DNA of 64,000 bases, taken from the NCBI GenBank assembly GCA_963836075.1, contig CAWIIB010000009.1:2176001-2240000 (forward strand), given 5' to 3'. Position 1 is the stretch's first letter. The number at the start of each line of letters is the position of its first letter. Source of the DNA: an uncultured Acidobacteriota bacterium. Its GTDB lineage: Bacteria; Acidobacteriota; JAQAZP01. Shown in pieces: positions 42,184 to 51,982 of this stretch. Made by a program: the position numbers and the translations under genes. A model generated the notes under the pieces. The model worked only from the letters and a program-made list of their open reading frames with translations. It did no database searches and was not told where the DNA came from.

Positions 42184-43074
42184 TCAAAAAATGTGGGCCA
42201 GTCTGGACCAGTAGATGATCAGGATCACGGTGCTGGTCCAGAGCAGGATATTGATCAGCAGCGGGCGGTCGGTGAGCAGGGTCAGCGAGGGGTTGCCTCC
42301 GTGCTCCTTCTGGTGGATCAGGTAGAGATAGCGAAAAATGCCGTAAATCACAAAGGGGATGGTCAGGTGCAGCTGCGTGGTGTTGAACTTCTGTATTGTC
42401 TCGTCGGCCATGGTGTAGAGCGCGTAGGCCATCAGCGTGGAGGCGGTGACCACGGCGATCATCTGGTCCAGCAGGTAGGGGCTGTACTCGTCGAGGATCT
42501 GGCGATGGCCAGTGGCCGAGTCGGCCAGCTTGACCAGCTCGTCCCGCCGCTTGCAGAGCCCGAGGAAGAGGGCCAGCAGGATGGTGCAGACCAGCAGCCA
42601 GGCGGAGATCCGCACGTTGATGACCACCGCGCCGGCGATGGCCCGCAGCACGAAACCGACGGCGATGAGCAGGACGTCGAGGATGACGATGTTTTTCAGG
42701 TAGAGGGAGTAGGAGAGAAAAAGCAGCAGGTAGACCAGGCAGACCAGGAAAAAGCCGGTATCCAGGGCCCAGGCGGCGGACAGCGCCACCACCGTGATCA
42801 CCGCCGCGGTGGTCATGGCGGCCCGCGGGCTGAGCAGACCGGCGGCGATGGGCCGCTCGCACTTCACCGGGTGGATCCGGTCCCGCTCCATGTCGCAGAC
42901 GTCGTTGATCAGGTAGACGGCGCTGGAGAGCAGGCAGAAAACGGCAAAGGCCGCGATGGCGGTGAGCAGGCTGGGCACGTGGAACAGACTGGCCGAAAAG
43001 ACCAGGCCGGCGAAGATGACCAGGTTCTTGGCCCACTGCTTGGGACGCAGCGAGGTGACGATGTGTTTGAGCAT
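42184..43074 (-). CDS. UbiA-family polyprenyl-phosphate phosphoribosyltransferase (DPPR synthase-like)
   Basis: RPKQWAKN, YLIND..D.E.DR.HPVK..RPIAAG, GFVLRAIAG, KRRDEL, YGIFRY. Confidence 0.88.
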   Translation of the reverse strand: MLKHIVTSLRPKQWAKNLVIFAGLVFSASLFHVPSLLTAIAAFAVFCLLSSAVYLINDVCDMERDRIHPVKCERPIAAGLLSPRAAMTTAAVITVVALSAAWALDTGFFLVCLVYLLLFLSYSLYLKNIVILDVLLIAVGFVLRAIAGAVVINVRISAWLLVCTILLALFLGLCKRRDELVKLADSATGHRQILDEYSPYLLDQMIAVVTASTLMAYALYTMADETIQKFNTTQLHLTIPFVIYGIFRYLYLIHQKEHGGNPSLTLLTDRPLLINILLWTSTVILIIYWSRLAHIF

Positions 43075-43162
43075 GAACAGGATGCCTGGGTTCTGTCGGT
43101 TATGCGTTCCTCGAAACGATATTTTATGCTCAAAGTCGTTTCCTCGCAATGCTACCCTGAAC

Positions 43163-43237
43163 GGTCCCCGGGCTGTTGCCTCTTCGCTCCGGTCGCGAAA
43201 CGCTCCGACGTCGCTCCCAGGCATCAGCCCGAGGACC
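43163..43237. repeat. Second copy (inverted) of the palindromic element at 1694-1774
   Basis: 19-bp arms with 2 mismatches (43163-81 / 43219-37); core 43186-43216 is 29/31 identical to the reverse complement of 1718-1748. Confidence 0.85.
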
Positions 43238-43357
43238 ATGACACAGAACCGGCAGAAGAATGGGGCCTGATCCCATTCTGTTTTATTCTTGTTTTTGGAC
43301 ATTTTCACACGACGATTTGGGCTATTCCCGGGGCTTGTGTATCTTTTCACAAGTTCG

Positions 43358-43386
43358 TTGACACCCCTTGGGCGGTGTGCTAGATT
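43358..43386 (+). promoter_or_regulatory. sigma70-type promoter of the nuo operon
   Basis: TTGACA-17 nt-TAGATT with TGn extension. Confidence 0.7.
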
Positions 43387-43472
43387 TCCGGTGTCCTGAA
43401 GTTTTTGCGCCCGGCGCATCTGTCGGGCGCTCCTTTTTTATTGCCCATGCTGGCTTAGGACAGGCCGCTCTG

Positions 43473-43829
43473 ATGCTCACTGAGTTCCTTCCCATAGGTG
43501 TGGTTTTGCTGCTCGGCGTCCTTGTGGCTGCCGGCCTGCTGCTGGTCTCCAATCTCCTGGGCCAGAAGAAGCCAAGCCCTGCCAAAAACGCAGTTTACGA
43601 GTGTGGTGTCCCGCTGGTCGAGGGTGCCCGCAAGCGTTATCCGATCAAATTCTTTCTCATTGCCATGATGTTCATCCTCTTCGACATAGAAGTGGCGTTC
43701 CTCTTCCCCTGGGCCGTGGTCTTCCGCAAACTGGGCCTCTTCGGGTTCGTGGAAATGGCCGTCTTCGTCGCCATTCTCCTGGTGGGCTTTGTTTACATCT
43801 GGAGCAAGGGAGGCCTGGAATGGGAATAG
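43473..43829 (+). CDS. nuoA: NADH-quinone oxidoreductase subunit A
   Basis: [27 protein letters not shown]. Confidence 0.96.
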   Translation: MLTEFLPIGVVLLLGVLVAAGLLLVSNLLGQKKPSPAKNAVYECGVPLVEGARKRYPIKFFLIAMMFILFDIEVAFLFPWAVVFRKLGLFGFVEMAVFVAILLVGFVYIWSKGGLEWE

Positions 43830-44389
43830 AAACCATCGGTGGTGACTCCTTTGTCACCACGACCATCGACGCGGTGGCCAACTGGGGCCGCAAGAACTCG
43901 CTCTGGCCCCTGCCTTTCGGCACGGCCTGCTGCGGCATCGAGATGATGTCGGGGCTGGCCTCCCGTTTCGACATCTCCCGCTTCGGCGCCGAGGTGGTCC
44001 GCTTCTCGCCGCGCCAGGCCGACCTGCTGATCGTGGCCGGCACCATCTGTATCAAAATGGCCCCGGTGATCCGCACCGTCTGGGAGCAGATGATGGAGCC
44101 CAAGTGGGTCATCTCCATGGGGGCCTGCGCCTCCTCCGGCGGGATCTACAACACTTACAGCACGGTGCAGGGCGTGGACCACGTGATCCCGGTGGATATC
44201 TATATCCCCGGCTGCGCGCCGCGGCCCGAAGCGCTGCTGGACGGGCTGCTCAAACTGCAGGACAAGATCAAGGCCGAGACGGTGCAGGACCGCAAGAGCC
44301 TGCCGGCCGCTGAGCGGAAACGGATCATGGAAGAGGGCAGCAGGGAATCGGGCGAGGATTACACCGCCTGGCCCCGCAAACCCGAGTAG
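43820..44389 (+). CDS. nuoB: NADH-quinone oxidoreductase subunit B
   Basis: [33 protein letters not shown]. Confidence 0.97.
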   Translation: MGIETIGGDSFVTTTIDAVANWGRKNSLWPLPFGTACCGIEMMSGLASRFDISRFGAEVVRFSPRQADLLIVAGTICIKMAPVIRTVWEQMMEPKWVISMGACASSGGIYNTYSTVQGVDHVIPVDIYIPGCAPRPEALLDGLLKLQDKIKAETVQDRKSLPAAERKRIMEEGSRESGEDYTAWPRKPE

Positions 44390-44394
44390 GACCA

Positions 44395-44925
44395 ATGGAA
44401 CTGGCGACAATCGTCGACAAACTGAGAGAAGCGCTGCCCGAGGCGGTACTGGCCAGCCGCGAAGGGTTCGGTGACACCACCCTCACCGTGCACCCGCCGG
44501 CGATCCGTGAGGTCTGCCGCTGGCTGAAGGAGAACCCCGAGGCGCCCTTCAACCTCTTTCTCGATGTCTGCGGCCAGGACCGCTTCCCCAAAGAGCCGCG
44601 GTTCCGTGTGATCTACCACCTCTACGCCTTCCCGGCCAACCTGCGGCTGCGCCTGGAGGTGGAGGTTGATTCCGACACTCTTGAAATCGATTCGGTGGTC
44701 CCGGTCTGGAGGGGCGCCGAATGGTTCGAGCGCGAGGTGTTCGACATGTACGGGGTCCGTTTTGCCGGCCACCCCGACCTGCGCCGGCTCCTCTCGCCCG
44801 ACGGATACGGCGATCACCCGATGCGCAAGGACTTCCCCCTGGAGGGCAAGTTCCGCATCGAATCCCCCGATGATCTGCATCCCTGGGAAACAGGGCGCCC
44901 CGGCGGCGGCAAAGGGGGAGCGTAG
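44395..44925 (+). CDS. nuoC: NADH-quinone oxidoreductase subunit C
   Basis: WFEREVFDMYGV.F.GHPDLRR, HPMRKDFPL. Confidence 0.96.
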   Translation: MELATIVDKLREALPEAVLASREGFGDTTLTVHPPAIREVCRWLKENPEAPFNLFLDVCGQDRFPKEPRFRVIYHLYAFPANLRLRLEVEVDSDTLEIDSVVPVWRGAEWFEREVFDMYGVRFAGHPDLRRLLSPDGYGDHPMRKDFPLEGKFRIESPDDLHPWETGRPGGGKGGA

Positions 44926-44932
44926 GGTACTG

Positions 44933-46132
44933 ATGCGCGTAGACGTTGAACAGCAAGAGGGCATGCCTTCCGACCGGATGGTTCTCAATCTCGGCCCGTC
45001 GCACCCGGCGATGCACGGCACGCTGCGCGTGGTGGTGGAGCTGGAAGGGGAGATCATCAAGAAGGCCACCCCGGAGATCGGCTACCTGCACCGCGGGATG
45101 GAAAAGCTCTCCGAGCACCGCACCTACCCGCAGATCCTGCCGCTCACCGACCGGCTGAACTACGTCTCGGCCCTGATGAACAACATCGGCTACATCATGG
45201 CCGTGGAGAAACTGCTGGGTATCGAGGTCACCCCGCGGGCCCAGCGGGTGCGGCTGATCCTCTGCGAACTGTCGCGCATCGCCGATCACGCGGTCTGCGT
45301 GGGGATCAATGCCGTGGACATCGGGGCCATGACCCCCTTCCTCTACATCTACCAGCAGCGCGAGATCATCTACGACATCTTCGAGAAACTCACCGGGGCC
45401 CGGCTGCACTATACCTACCCCCGGGTGGGCGGAATGGCCGATGACCTTTACCCCGGTTTCGAGGACGAGGTCAGGGCCTTCATGGAAGGCTTCCCCAAAC
45501 CGCTGGAAGACCTGGAAGCCTTGCTCTCCCGCAACCGCATCTGGGTCGACCGGACCCGGGACGTGGGAAAAATCAGCGCCGAAGACGCCCTGGACTACGG
45601 TTTCACCGGGCCCTGTCTCCGTGCGGCCGGCGTACCCTATGACATCAGGCGCGACCGGCCCTACCTCGGCTACGAGGACTTCGACTTCAAGGTGCCGGTG
45701 GGGACCAACGGCGACATCTACGACCGCTACCTGGTGCGTATCGAGGAGATGCGCCAGAGCCTGGAGATCGTGCGCCAGGCCATCGAGGGCATCCCCGAGG
45801 GGCCGATCAATATCGACGATCCCAAGCTCTTCCTGCCGGAGAAGAAGCTGGTCTACAGCCAGATGGAAGAGCTGATCCACCACTTCAAGATCATCATGCA
45901 CGGTGTGCAGCCGCCCAAGGGCGAGTGTTACTTCAGCACCGAGGCGGCCAATGGTGAACTGGGGTTCTACATCGCCAGCGAGGGCGGGCCCAAGCCGGAC
46001 CGCCTGCACATCCGTGGGCCATGTTTCGCTATTTACCAGGCGTTCCCCAAAATGATCGAGGGCCGGTTCATCGCCGACGTCATCGGTATCCTGGGCAGCC
46101 TGAACATTATCGCCGGAGAGCTTGACCGTTGA
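44933..46132 (+). CDS. nuoD: NADH-quinone oxidoreductase subunit D
   Basis: LNLGPSHPAMHGTLR, GYLHRGMEK, DRLNY, IAGELDR. Confidence 0.97.
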   Translation: MRVDVEQQEGMPSDRMVLNLGPSHPAMHGTLRVVVELEGEIIKKATPEIGYLHRGMEKLSEHRTYPQILPLTDRLNYVSALMNNIGYIMAVEKLLGIEVTPRAQRVRLILCELSRIADHAVCVGINAVDIGAMTPFLYIYQQREIIYDIFEKLTGARLHYTYPRVGGMADDLYPGFEDEVRAFMEGFPKPLEDLEALLSRNRIWVDRTRDVGKISAEDALDYGFTGPCLRAAGVPYDIRRDRPYLGYEDFDFKVPVGTNGDIYDRYLVRIEEMRQSLEIVRQAIEGIPEGPINIDDPKLFLPEKKLVYSQMEELIHHFKIIMHGVQPPKGECYFSTEAANGELGFYIASEGGPKPDRLHIRGPCFAIYQAFPKMIEGRFIADVIGILGSLNIIAGELDR

Positions 46133-46626
46133 GCGAGAGTGACAGACAACCGACCGACGCCGGCTGGAGCGCCGAGACCGACGAGCTGATCTCGCGGCTG
46201 CTGGGCAACTACCCGGACAGGATGGCCGCCCTGCTGCCGGTGCTCACCGCCGTGCAGCGGGAGAAGAACTGGCTTTCCCTGGCCACCATGGACCTGATTG
46301 CCGAGCGTCTGGAGCTGAGCAAGCGGCACGTTTACGGCGTGGCCACCTTCTACACCATGTACAACACCGAGCCGGTGGGGAAGTGGCACCTGCAGCTGTG
46401 CCAGAACCTCTCCTGCTCGCTGGTGGGCGGGGTGCAGATCCTGGCGCACCTGGAGAAGAAACTGGGCATCGGCACCGGGCAGACCACCGCCGACAAGCGG
46501 TTCACCCTGACCACGGTGGAGTGCCTGGGCTCCTGCGGCACCGGGCCGGTGCTGCAGATCAACGACGTCTATCACGAAAACCTGACCATCGAGAAGGTGG
46601 ATGAGATACTGGAGGGCCTGGATTGA
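46129..46626 (+). CDS. nuoE: NADH-quinone oxidoreductase subunit E
   Basis: VATFYTMY, CQNLSC, ECLGSC. Confidence 0.95.
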   Translation: MSESDRQPTDAGWSAETDELISRLLGNYPDRMAALLPVLTAVQREKNWLSLATMDLIAERLELSKRHVYGVATFYTMYNTEPVGKWHLQLCQNLSCSLVGGVQILAHLEKKLGIGTGQTTADKRFTLTTVECLGSCGTGPVLQINDVYHENLTIEKVDEILEGLD

Positions 46627-46658
46627 CCCGCAACGCGGGGACCCGGGCACCGGGAATC

Positions 46659-47954
46659 ATGGCTGAAGAACTGATCCTGCTGAAAAACGACGGCAACCCG
46701 GACGCGCGGGCCCTGAGCTTCTACAAGGCCGGCGGCGGGTACCAGGCGCTGGAAAAGGCGCTGGGCATGCAGCCGGACGAGATCACCGAAGAGGTGAAGA
46801 AGGCCGGAGTGCGGGGCCGCGGCGGCGCCGGGTTCCCGGCAGGGGTCAAGTGGGGCTTCGTGCCCAAGGAAGCGCCAAAGCCGAAGTATCTCTGCTGCAA
46901 CGCCGACGAGGGCGAGCCGGGCACCTTCAAGGACCGGGCGCTGATGGAGTGGGACCCGCACATGCTGATCGAGGGCATGGCCATCGCCTGCTTCGCCATC
47001 GGCATCCATACCGCCTATATCTATATCCGCGGCGAGTTCCACTGGATCACCCTGATCCTGGAAAAGGCCATCGAGGAGGCCCGGGAGGCCAACCTGCTGG
47101 GCAAAAACATCCTCGGCAGCGGTTTCGACTGCGAGATCTACGTCCACGAGGGTGCCGGCGCCTACATCTGCGGCGAGGAAACCGCACTGATCGAGTCCCT
47201 CGAGGGCAAGCGGGGCCAGCCGCGCCTCAAGCCCCCCTTCCCGGCGGTGGTGGGCGTCTTCGGCGGGCCGACGGTGGTGAACAACGTGGAGACGCTCTGT
47301 TGCGTGCCGCACATCATCACCCGCGGCGCCGACTGGTTCACCTCCATCGGTCCCGAGCGCAACGCCGGGCCGAAGATCTTCCCGGTGAGCGGCCACGTGC
47401 GCAAGCCCGGCAACTACGAGCTGCCCATGGGCACGCCGCTGCGCGAGATCATCTACGATGTCTGCGGCGGCATCCCCGGTGACCGCAAGCTGAAAGCGGT
47501 GATCCCGGGCGGGTCGTCCACACCGGTGCTCAGCGCCGACGAAGTGGACGTCAAGATGGACTTCGACAGCCTGGCCGCCATCGGCTCCATGTTCGGCGCC
47601 GGCTCGATCATCGTCATGGACGACAGCACCTGCATGGTGCGGGCACTGATGGTGCTGACCCGTTTTTATGCCCACGAGTCGTGCGGCCAGTGCACGCCGT
47701 GCCGCGAGGGCGTTCCCTGGATGTATGACATCATCAAACGCATCATGCGCGGCGAGGGCAAACCCGAAGATCCCGACCTGCTGCTGGATATCTGTGTCAA
47801 CATCGAGGGCAACACCATCTGCCCCCTGGGTGATGCGGCGGTGGGTCCGGTGCGCAGCTTCATCCAGAAATTCAGAAACGAGTTCGACCATTACATCGAA
47901 ACCGGGAAGTCGCTGGTTGGCGACGGCGGTTTCGATTTTCGCCCGGGAGACTGA
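46659..47954 (+). CDS. nuoF: NADH-quinone oxidoreductase subunit F
   Basis: GRGGAGFP, NADEGEPGTFKDR, GAGAYICGEETAL, ESCGQCTPCREG. Confidence 0.97.
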   Translation: MAEELILLKNDGNPDARALSFYKAGGGYQALEKALGMQPDEITEEVKKAGVRGRGGAGFPAGVKWGFVPKEAPKPKYLCCNADEGEPGTFKDRALMEWDPHMLIEGMAIACFAIGIHTAYIYIRGEFHWITLILEKAIEEAREANLLGKNILGSGFDCEIYVHEGAGAYICGEETALIESLEGKRGQPRLKPPFPAVVGVFGGPTVVNNVETLCCVPHIITRGADWFTSIGPERNAGPKIFPVSGHVRKPGNYELPMGTPLREIIYDVCGGIPGDRKLKAVIPGGSSTPVLSADEVDVKMDFDSLAAIGSMFGAGSIIVMDDSTCMVRALMVLTRFYAHESCGQCTPCREGVPWMYDIIKRIMRGEGKPEDPDLLLDICVNIEGNTICPLGDAAVGPVRSFIQKFRNEFDHYIETGKSLVGDGGFDFRPGD

Positions 47955-47957
47955 GCG

Positions 47958-49517
47958 GTGGCAACGATCACCATCAACGGACAGCAGGTTGAAGTGGCCA
48001 ACGACGCCACGATCATGAAGGCGGCGGAGAAGCTCGGGGTCTACATCCCCCATTTCTGCTACCACCCCGGCCTGTCCATCGCCGGCAACTGCCGGATGTG
48101 CCTGGTGGAGGTGGAAGGTGCGCCCAAACTGCTGGCCTCCTGCTGCTCACCGGTGCGTGACGGCATGGTGGTGCTGACCGAATCGGAGAAGGTGGTCAAG
48201 GCCCGCAAGGGAATCATGGAGTTCCTGCTGATCAACCACCCGCTGGACTGCCCGATCTGCGACCAGGCCGGCGAGTGCGTGCTGCAGGACTACAGCTACG
48301 ACTACGGCGACGGCCACAGCCGCTACAGCGAAGAGCGGCAGCGGCACGAGCGGGAAAATGTCGGCAGCACCATGGTGCGCGACATGAACCGCTGTATCGC
48401 CTGCACCCGCTGTGTGAGGTTCTTCCAGGAAGTCACCGGCGAAGACGAATACAACGTATACCTGCGGGGCGGGCACACCGAGGTGGGCACCTATGGCGAC
48501 CACGAGATCGGCACCAAATTCATCGGCAACGCCGCCGAGATCTGTCCGGTGGGGGCGCTGACCCTGCGTGATTCCCGTTTCAAGTGCCGGCAGTGGCTCT
48601 TCGAACAGGCCGAATCGGTTTGCCCCTATTGCGCCAACGGCTGCCGTATCGAGATCGACTACCACAAGGACGTGCTGCACCGCTTCCGCAGCCGACCCGA
48701 CCCGGAGAAGGACCGCTGGTGGATTTGCGACGAGGGCCGCTTCGGCTTCCACCGCCTCAACGACCGGGAAGCGCGGCTGAGCAAGCCGATGATCCGCCGC
48801 GACGGCACGTTGGTGGAAGTGAGTTGGGACGGAGCCTTCGCCTACATCGCCCAGCGGCTGAAGACCCTGGCCGCCGCCGACGCCACGACCCTGGCCGTCG
48901 GCTCGGGCCACTGCTCCAACGAGGACAACTACGCGCTGAAGCGTTTTGCCAACCAGTGCCTGAACACCGACGCGGTGCGCTTCAAGTCATGGCCGCCGCC
49001 CTGGGTCACACCCGGCGAGAAGGACCCGAAGGACCTGTTCATCGAGCCGGACAAGTCGGCCAACGGCACCGGCGCCCGCCGCCTGGGCCTGGAGCCCGAC
49101 CCGGGCCTGGCCAAAACCTGGGACGAGCTGGCCGCCGGCGCCTTCCAGGTACTCTACGTCATGGGCGCCGACCTGCTGCGCGGCGACCCGGACAATCCCC
49201 GGGACCCCAAGGTGCTGGACAAACTGGGCCTGGTGGTGGTCCAGGACGTGTTCCGCAGCCCCACCACTGAGCTGGCCCACGTGGTGCTGCCGGCCCTGGC
49301 CTTCAGCGAGCGGCACGGCACCTACACCAACTGCCACGGCGAGGCCCAGGAATTCTTTGCCGGGCCGCACCCCTCGGGCAGCACGGCGATGGCCGACTGG
49401 GAGATCATCGCCCGGCTGGGCACCCACCTGGGGGACAGTTCCCCTGGACCGGGTTCCGCGAACTGCCCTGGCGCGAGGATTACAACGAGAGCGCGTAACA
49501 AGCGCGGACGGACCTAG
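47958..49517 (+). CDS. nuoG: NADH-quinone oxidoreductase subunit G (short form; true stop may be 49498)
   Basis: IPHFCYH, GNCRMCLVE, NHPLDCPICDQAGEC, RCIACTRC, ICPVGAL, CPYCANGC...CDEGR. Confidence 0.9.
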   Translation: MATITINGQQVEVANDATIMKAAEKLGVYIPHFCYHPGLSIAGNCRMCLVEVEGAPKLLASCCSPVRDGMVVLTESEKVVKARKGIMEFLLINHPLDCPICDQAGECVLQDYSYDYGDGHSRYSEERQRHERENVGSTMVRDMNRCIACTRCVRFFQEVTGEDEYNVYLRGGHTEVGTYGDHEIGTKFIGNAAEICPVGALTLRDSRFKCRQWLFEQAESVCPYCANGCRIEIDYHKDVLHRFRSRPDPEKDRWWICDEGRFGFHRLNDREARLSKPMIRRDGTLVEVSWDGAFAYIAQRLKTLAAADATTLAVGSGHCSNEDNYALKRFANQCLNTDAVRFKSWPPPWVTPGEKDPKDLFIEPDKSANGTGARRLGLEPDPGLAKTWDELAAGAFQVLYVMGADLLRGDPDNPRDPKVLDKLGLVVVQDVFRSPTTELAHVVLPALAFSERHGTYTNCHGEAQEFFAGPHPSGSTAMADWEIIARLGTHLGDSSPGPGSANCPGARITTRARNKRGRT

Positions 49518-50558
49518 ATGGATACCTTGACCGACATTCTGCTCTCCGACGCCGGCGTCACGGTGATCAAGGCGATGATCGTCTATTTCGCGGTGCTGAT
49601 GACCGTGCCGGTGATGGTCTATATCGAGCGTCGCGGAGCCGGCCTGATCCAGGACCGCCTGGGGCCCAACCGGGTGGGGCCCTTCGGCCTGATCCAGCCG
49701 TTCGCCGACATGGTCAAGCTGATGTTCAAGGAGGAGTTCATCCCCTTCAAGGCCAACCGCCTGCTCTACCTGGCGGCCCCGGCGCTGGCCCTGATCCCGG
49801 CGGGGATGACCTTCGCCGTGATCCCCTTCGGCACCGAGATCACCATCGGCGGGATCAGCATCCCGCTGCGCGCCGCCGACCTCAACGTCGGCATCCTCTA
49901 CATCTTCGCCCTGACCTCCCTGGGGGTCTACGGGATCATGATGGCCGGCTGGTCCTCGAACAACAAATACTCGCTGATGGGCGGCCTCCGTTCCTCGGCG
50001 CAGATGATCAGTTACGAACTGTCGATGACCCTGGCCGCGGTGGGGGTGATCATGGCTGCCGGTTCGCTGCGTCTCGGTGATATCGTCGAAGCCCAGACCC
50101 CGCTCTGGTTCTGCGTGCCGCTGTTCATCGGCTTCATCGTCTTCCTGGTGGCCAGTTTTGCCGAGACCAACCGGCTGCCCTTCGACATGCCCGAGGCGGA
50201 GAACGAACTGGTGGGCGGTTACCACACCGAATACAGCTCGATGCGCTTCGCCTCCTTCTTCATGGCCGAATACATCAACATGTTTGTCTCGGCCGGCTTG
50301 ACGGTGACCCTCTTCCTCGGCGGCTACCGCTTCCCGCTGCAGCACCTGGTCACCGACCCGACCCTGCTCAGTCTTCTCCAGGTGGCGGCCTTCGTGGGCA
50401 AGATCGCCTTTCTGATGTGGTTCTTCGTCTGGATTCGCTGGACGCTGCCCCGGTTCCGCTACGACCAGCTGATGAAGCTGGGCTGGAAGGTGCTCTTCCC
50501 GCTGGCCCTGGCCAACGTCTTCATCACCGGGCTGCTGATCCTGCTCGGAGTGATATAG
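49518..50558 (+). CDS. nuoH: NADH-quinone oxidoreductase subunit H
   Basis: QDRLGPNRVGP, AQMISYE, AETNRLPFDMPEAE, LPRFRYDQLM. Confidence 0.97.
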   Translation: MDTLTDILLSDAGVTVIKAMIVYFAVLMTVPVMVYIERRGAGLIQDRLGPNRVGPFGLIQPFADMVKLMFKEEFIPFKANRLLYLAAPALALIPAGMTFAVIPFGTEITIGGISIPLRAADLNVGILYIFALTSLGVYGIMMAGWSSNNKYSLMGGLRSSAQMISYELSMTLAAVGVIMAAGSLRLGDIVEAQTPLWFCVPLFIGFIVFLVASFAETNRLPFDMPEAENELVGGYHTEYSSMRFASFFMAEYINMFVSAGLTVTLFLGGYRFPLQHLVTDPTLLSLLQVAAFVGKIAFLMWFFVWIRWTLPRFRYDQLMKLGWKVLFPLALANVFITGLLILLGVI

Positions 50559-50565
50559 GAAACCG

Positions 50566-51096
50566 ATGACCGGACCTGACGACAAAAAGAGGAAAAAGGA
50601 CGTCCTGGTCAAGGAGTTCAAGCCGCTGACCTGGTGGGAGAAGCTCTACCTCCCCGCCGCCGTCAGCGGGCTGATCCTGACCATCCGTCACCTCTTCTTC
50701 AAGAAGAAAGTCACCGTGCAGTACCCGGAAGAGACGTTGCCGATCCACGACAATTTCCGGGCGCACCAGCGGCTGACCGTCCACGAGGACGGCCACGTCA
50801 AGTGCGTGGCCTGCTACATGTGCTCCACCGCCTGCCCGGCGGAGTGCATCCACATCGTGGCCCAGGAAGACCCGGACCCCGAAGTGGAGAAGGTGCCGCT
50901 CTCCTTCGAGATCGACATGCTGCGCTGCATTTACTGCGGCTACTGCGAGGAGGCGTGCCCCAAGGACGCCATCGTCATGGGTACGCATTACGAGTTCTCG
51001 AATTACCAGCGGAAGAATTTCGACGTGGGCAAGGAAGAACTGGTCCACAAATACGACAGCGATCCCGGACGGAAGAGTAAAGTCGTAAAGAAGTAA
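50566..51096 (+). CDS. nuoI: NADH-quinone oxidoreductase subunit I
   Basis: TVQYPEE, CVACYMCSTACP, CIYCGYCEEACP. Confidence 0.96.
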   Translation: MTGPDDKKRKKDVLVKEFKPLTWWEKLYLPAAVSGLILTIRHLFFKKKVTVQYPEETLPIHDNFRAHQRLTVHEDGHVKCVACYMCSTACPAECIHIVAQEDPDPEVEKVPLSFEIDMLRCIYCGYCEEACPKDAIVMGTHYEFSNYQRKNFDVGKEELVHKYDSDPGRKSKVVKK

Positions 51097-51106
51097 GGGG
51101 AAGCCG

Positions 51107-51676
51107 TTGATCGAAACCGTGCTTTTCTACATCCTGGCGGTCGTCGCCGTGGTCAGTGCGATCAGTGTGATCAGCCAGCGCAGCCCCATGTCCAGCGTGA
51201 TCTCGCTGGTGGTCTGCTTCTTCTCCCTGGCCGTGCTCTACCTGCTGCTCAACGCGCACTTCATCGCCGTGCTGCAGGTGATTGTCTACGCCGGGGCGAT
51301 CATGGTCCTCTTCCTCTTCGTGATCATGATGCTCAACCTGCGGGGGCCCGAGGCGCCGCACTCCTTCCACGGCCTGCACAAGCTGGCCGCCGCGGCCCTG
51401 GTGCTCTGCCTGGTCTGCCTGGTGGTCTTCGGGCTGGTCAACCGGGTGGTGCTGGGCGAGGCGGGCCAGGCCACCGAGGAAGCGGTGGGCGCCGCCGGCA
51501 ACACCGAGCTGCTGGCCGAACTGCTCTTCCAGCGCTACCTGCTGCCCTTCGAGGCGGTTTCGATCCTGCTGCTGGCGGCCATCGTCGGCGCCATCGTGAT
51601 GGCCAGCCGCCGCTTCGAGCGGCCGGACCACGAGGCCGACCCCGACGCGCCGGGCGCCAACAAGGAGACACGGTGA
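51107..51676 (+). CDS. nuoJ: NADH-quinone oxidoreductase subunit J
   Basis: [24 protein letters not shown]. Confidence 0.95.
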   Translation: MIETVLFYILAVVAVVSAISVISQRSPMSSVISLVVCFFSLAVLYLLLNAHFIAVLQVIVYAGAIMVLFLFVIMMLNLRGPEAPHSFHGLHKLAAAALVLCLVCLVVFGLVNRVVLGEAGQATEEAVGAAGNTELLAELLFQRYLLPFEAVSILLLAAIVGAIVMASRRFERPDHEADPDAPGANKETR

Positions 51677-51981
51677 TGATGGTCACCCTCAACCACTACC
51701 TGGTGCTCAGCGCGCTGCTCTTCAGCATCGGTGTGGCCGGGGTGCTGCTGCGCCGCAACGCGATCATCATCTTCATGTCCATCGAACTGATGCTCAACGC
51801 GGTGAACCTTTCGTTCATCGCCTTTGCCCGCTACCTCGATTCTCTGGACGGGCAGATTTTCGTGCTCTTTGTCATGGCCGTGGCCGCCGCCGAGGTGGCG
51901 GTGGGCCTGGCGATCATCATCGCCATCTTCAAGAGGAAGTCCACGGCCGACGTGGACCGGGTCAACCTGCTCAAGTGGTGA
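51673..51981 (+). CDS. nuoK: NADH-quinone oxidoreductase subunit K
   Basis: [25 protein letters not shown]. Confidence 0.96.
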   Translation: MMMVTLNHYLVLSALLFSIGVAGVLLRRNAIIIFMSIELMLNAVNLSFIAFARYLDSLDGQIFVLFVMAVAAAEVAVGLAIIIAIFKRKSTADVDRVNLLKW

Positions 51982-51982
51982 C

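Noticed and set aside
49431-49444. ggggacagttcccc as a REP-like palindrome
   Set aside because: Lies inside nuoG coding sequence and is imperfect; likely chance.
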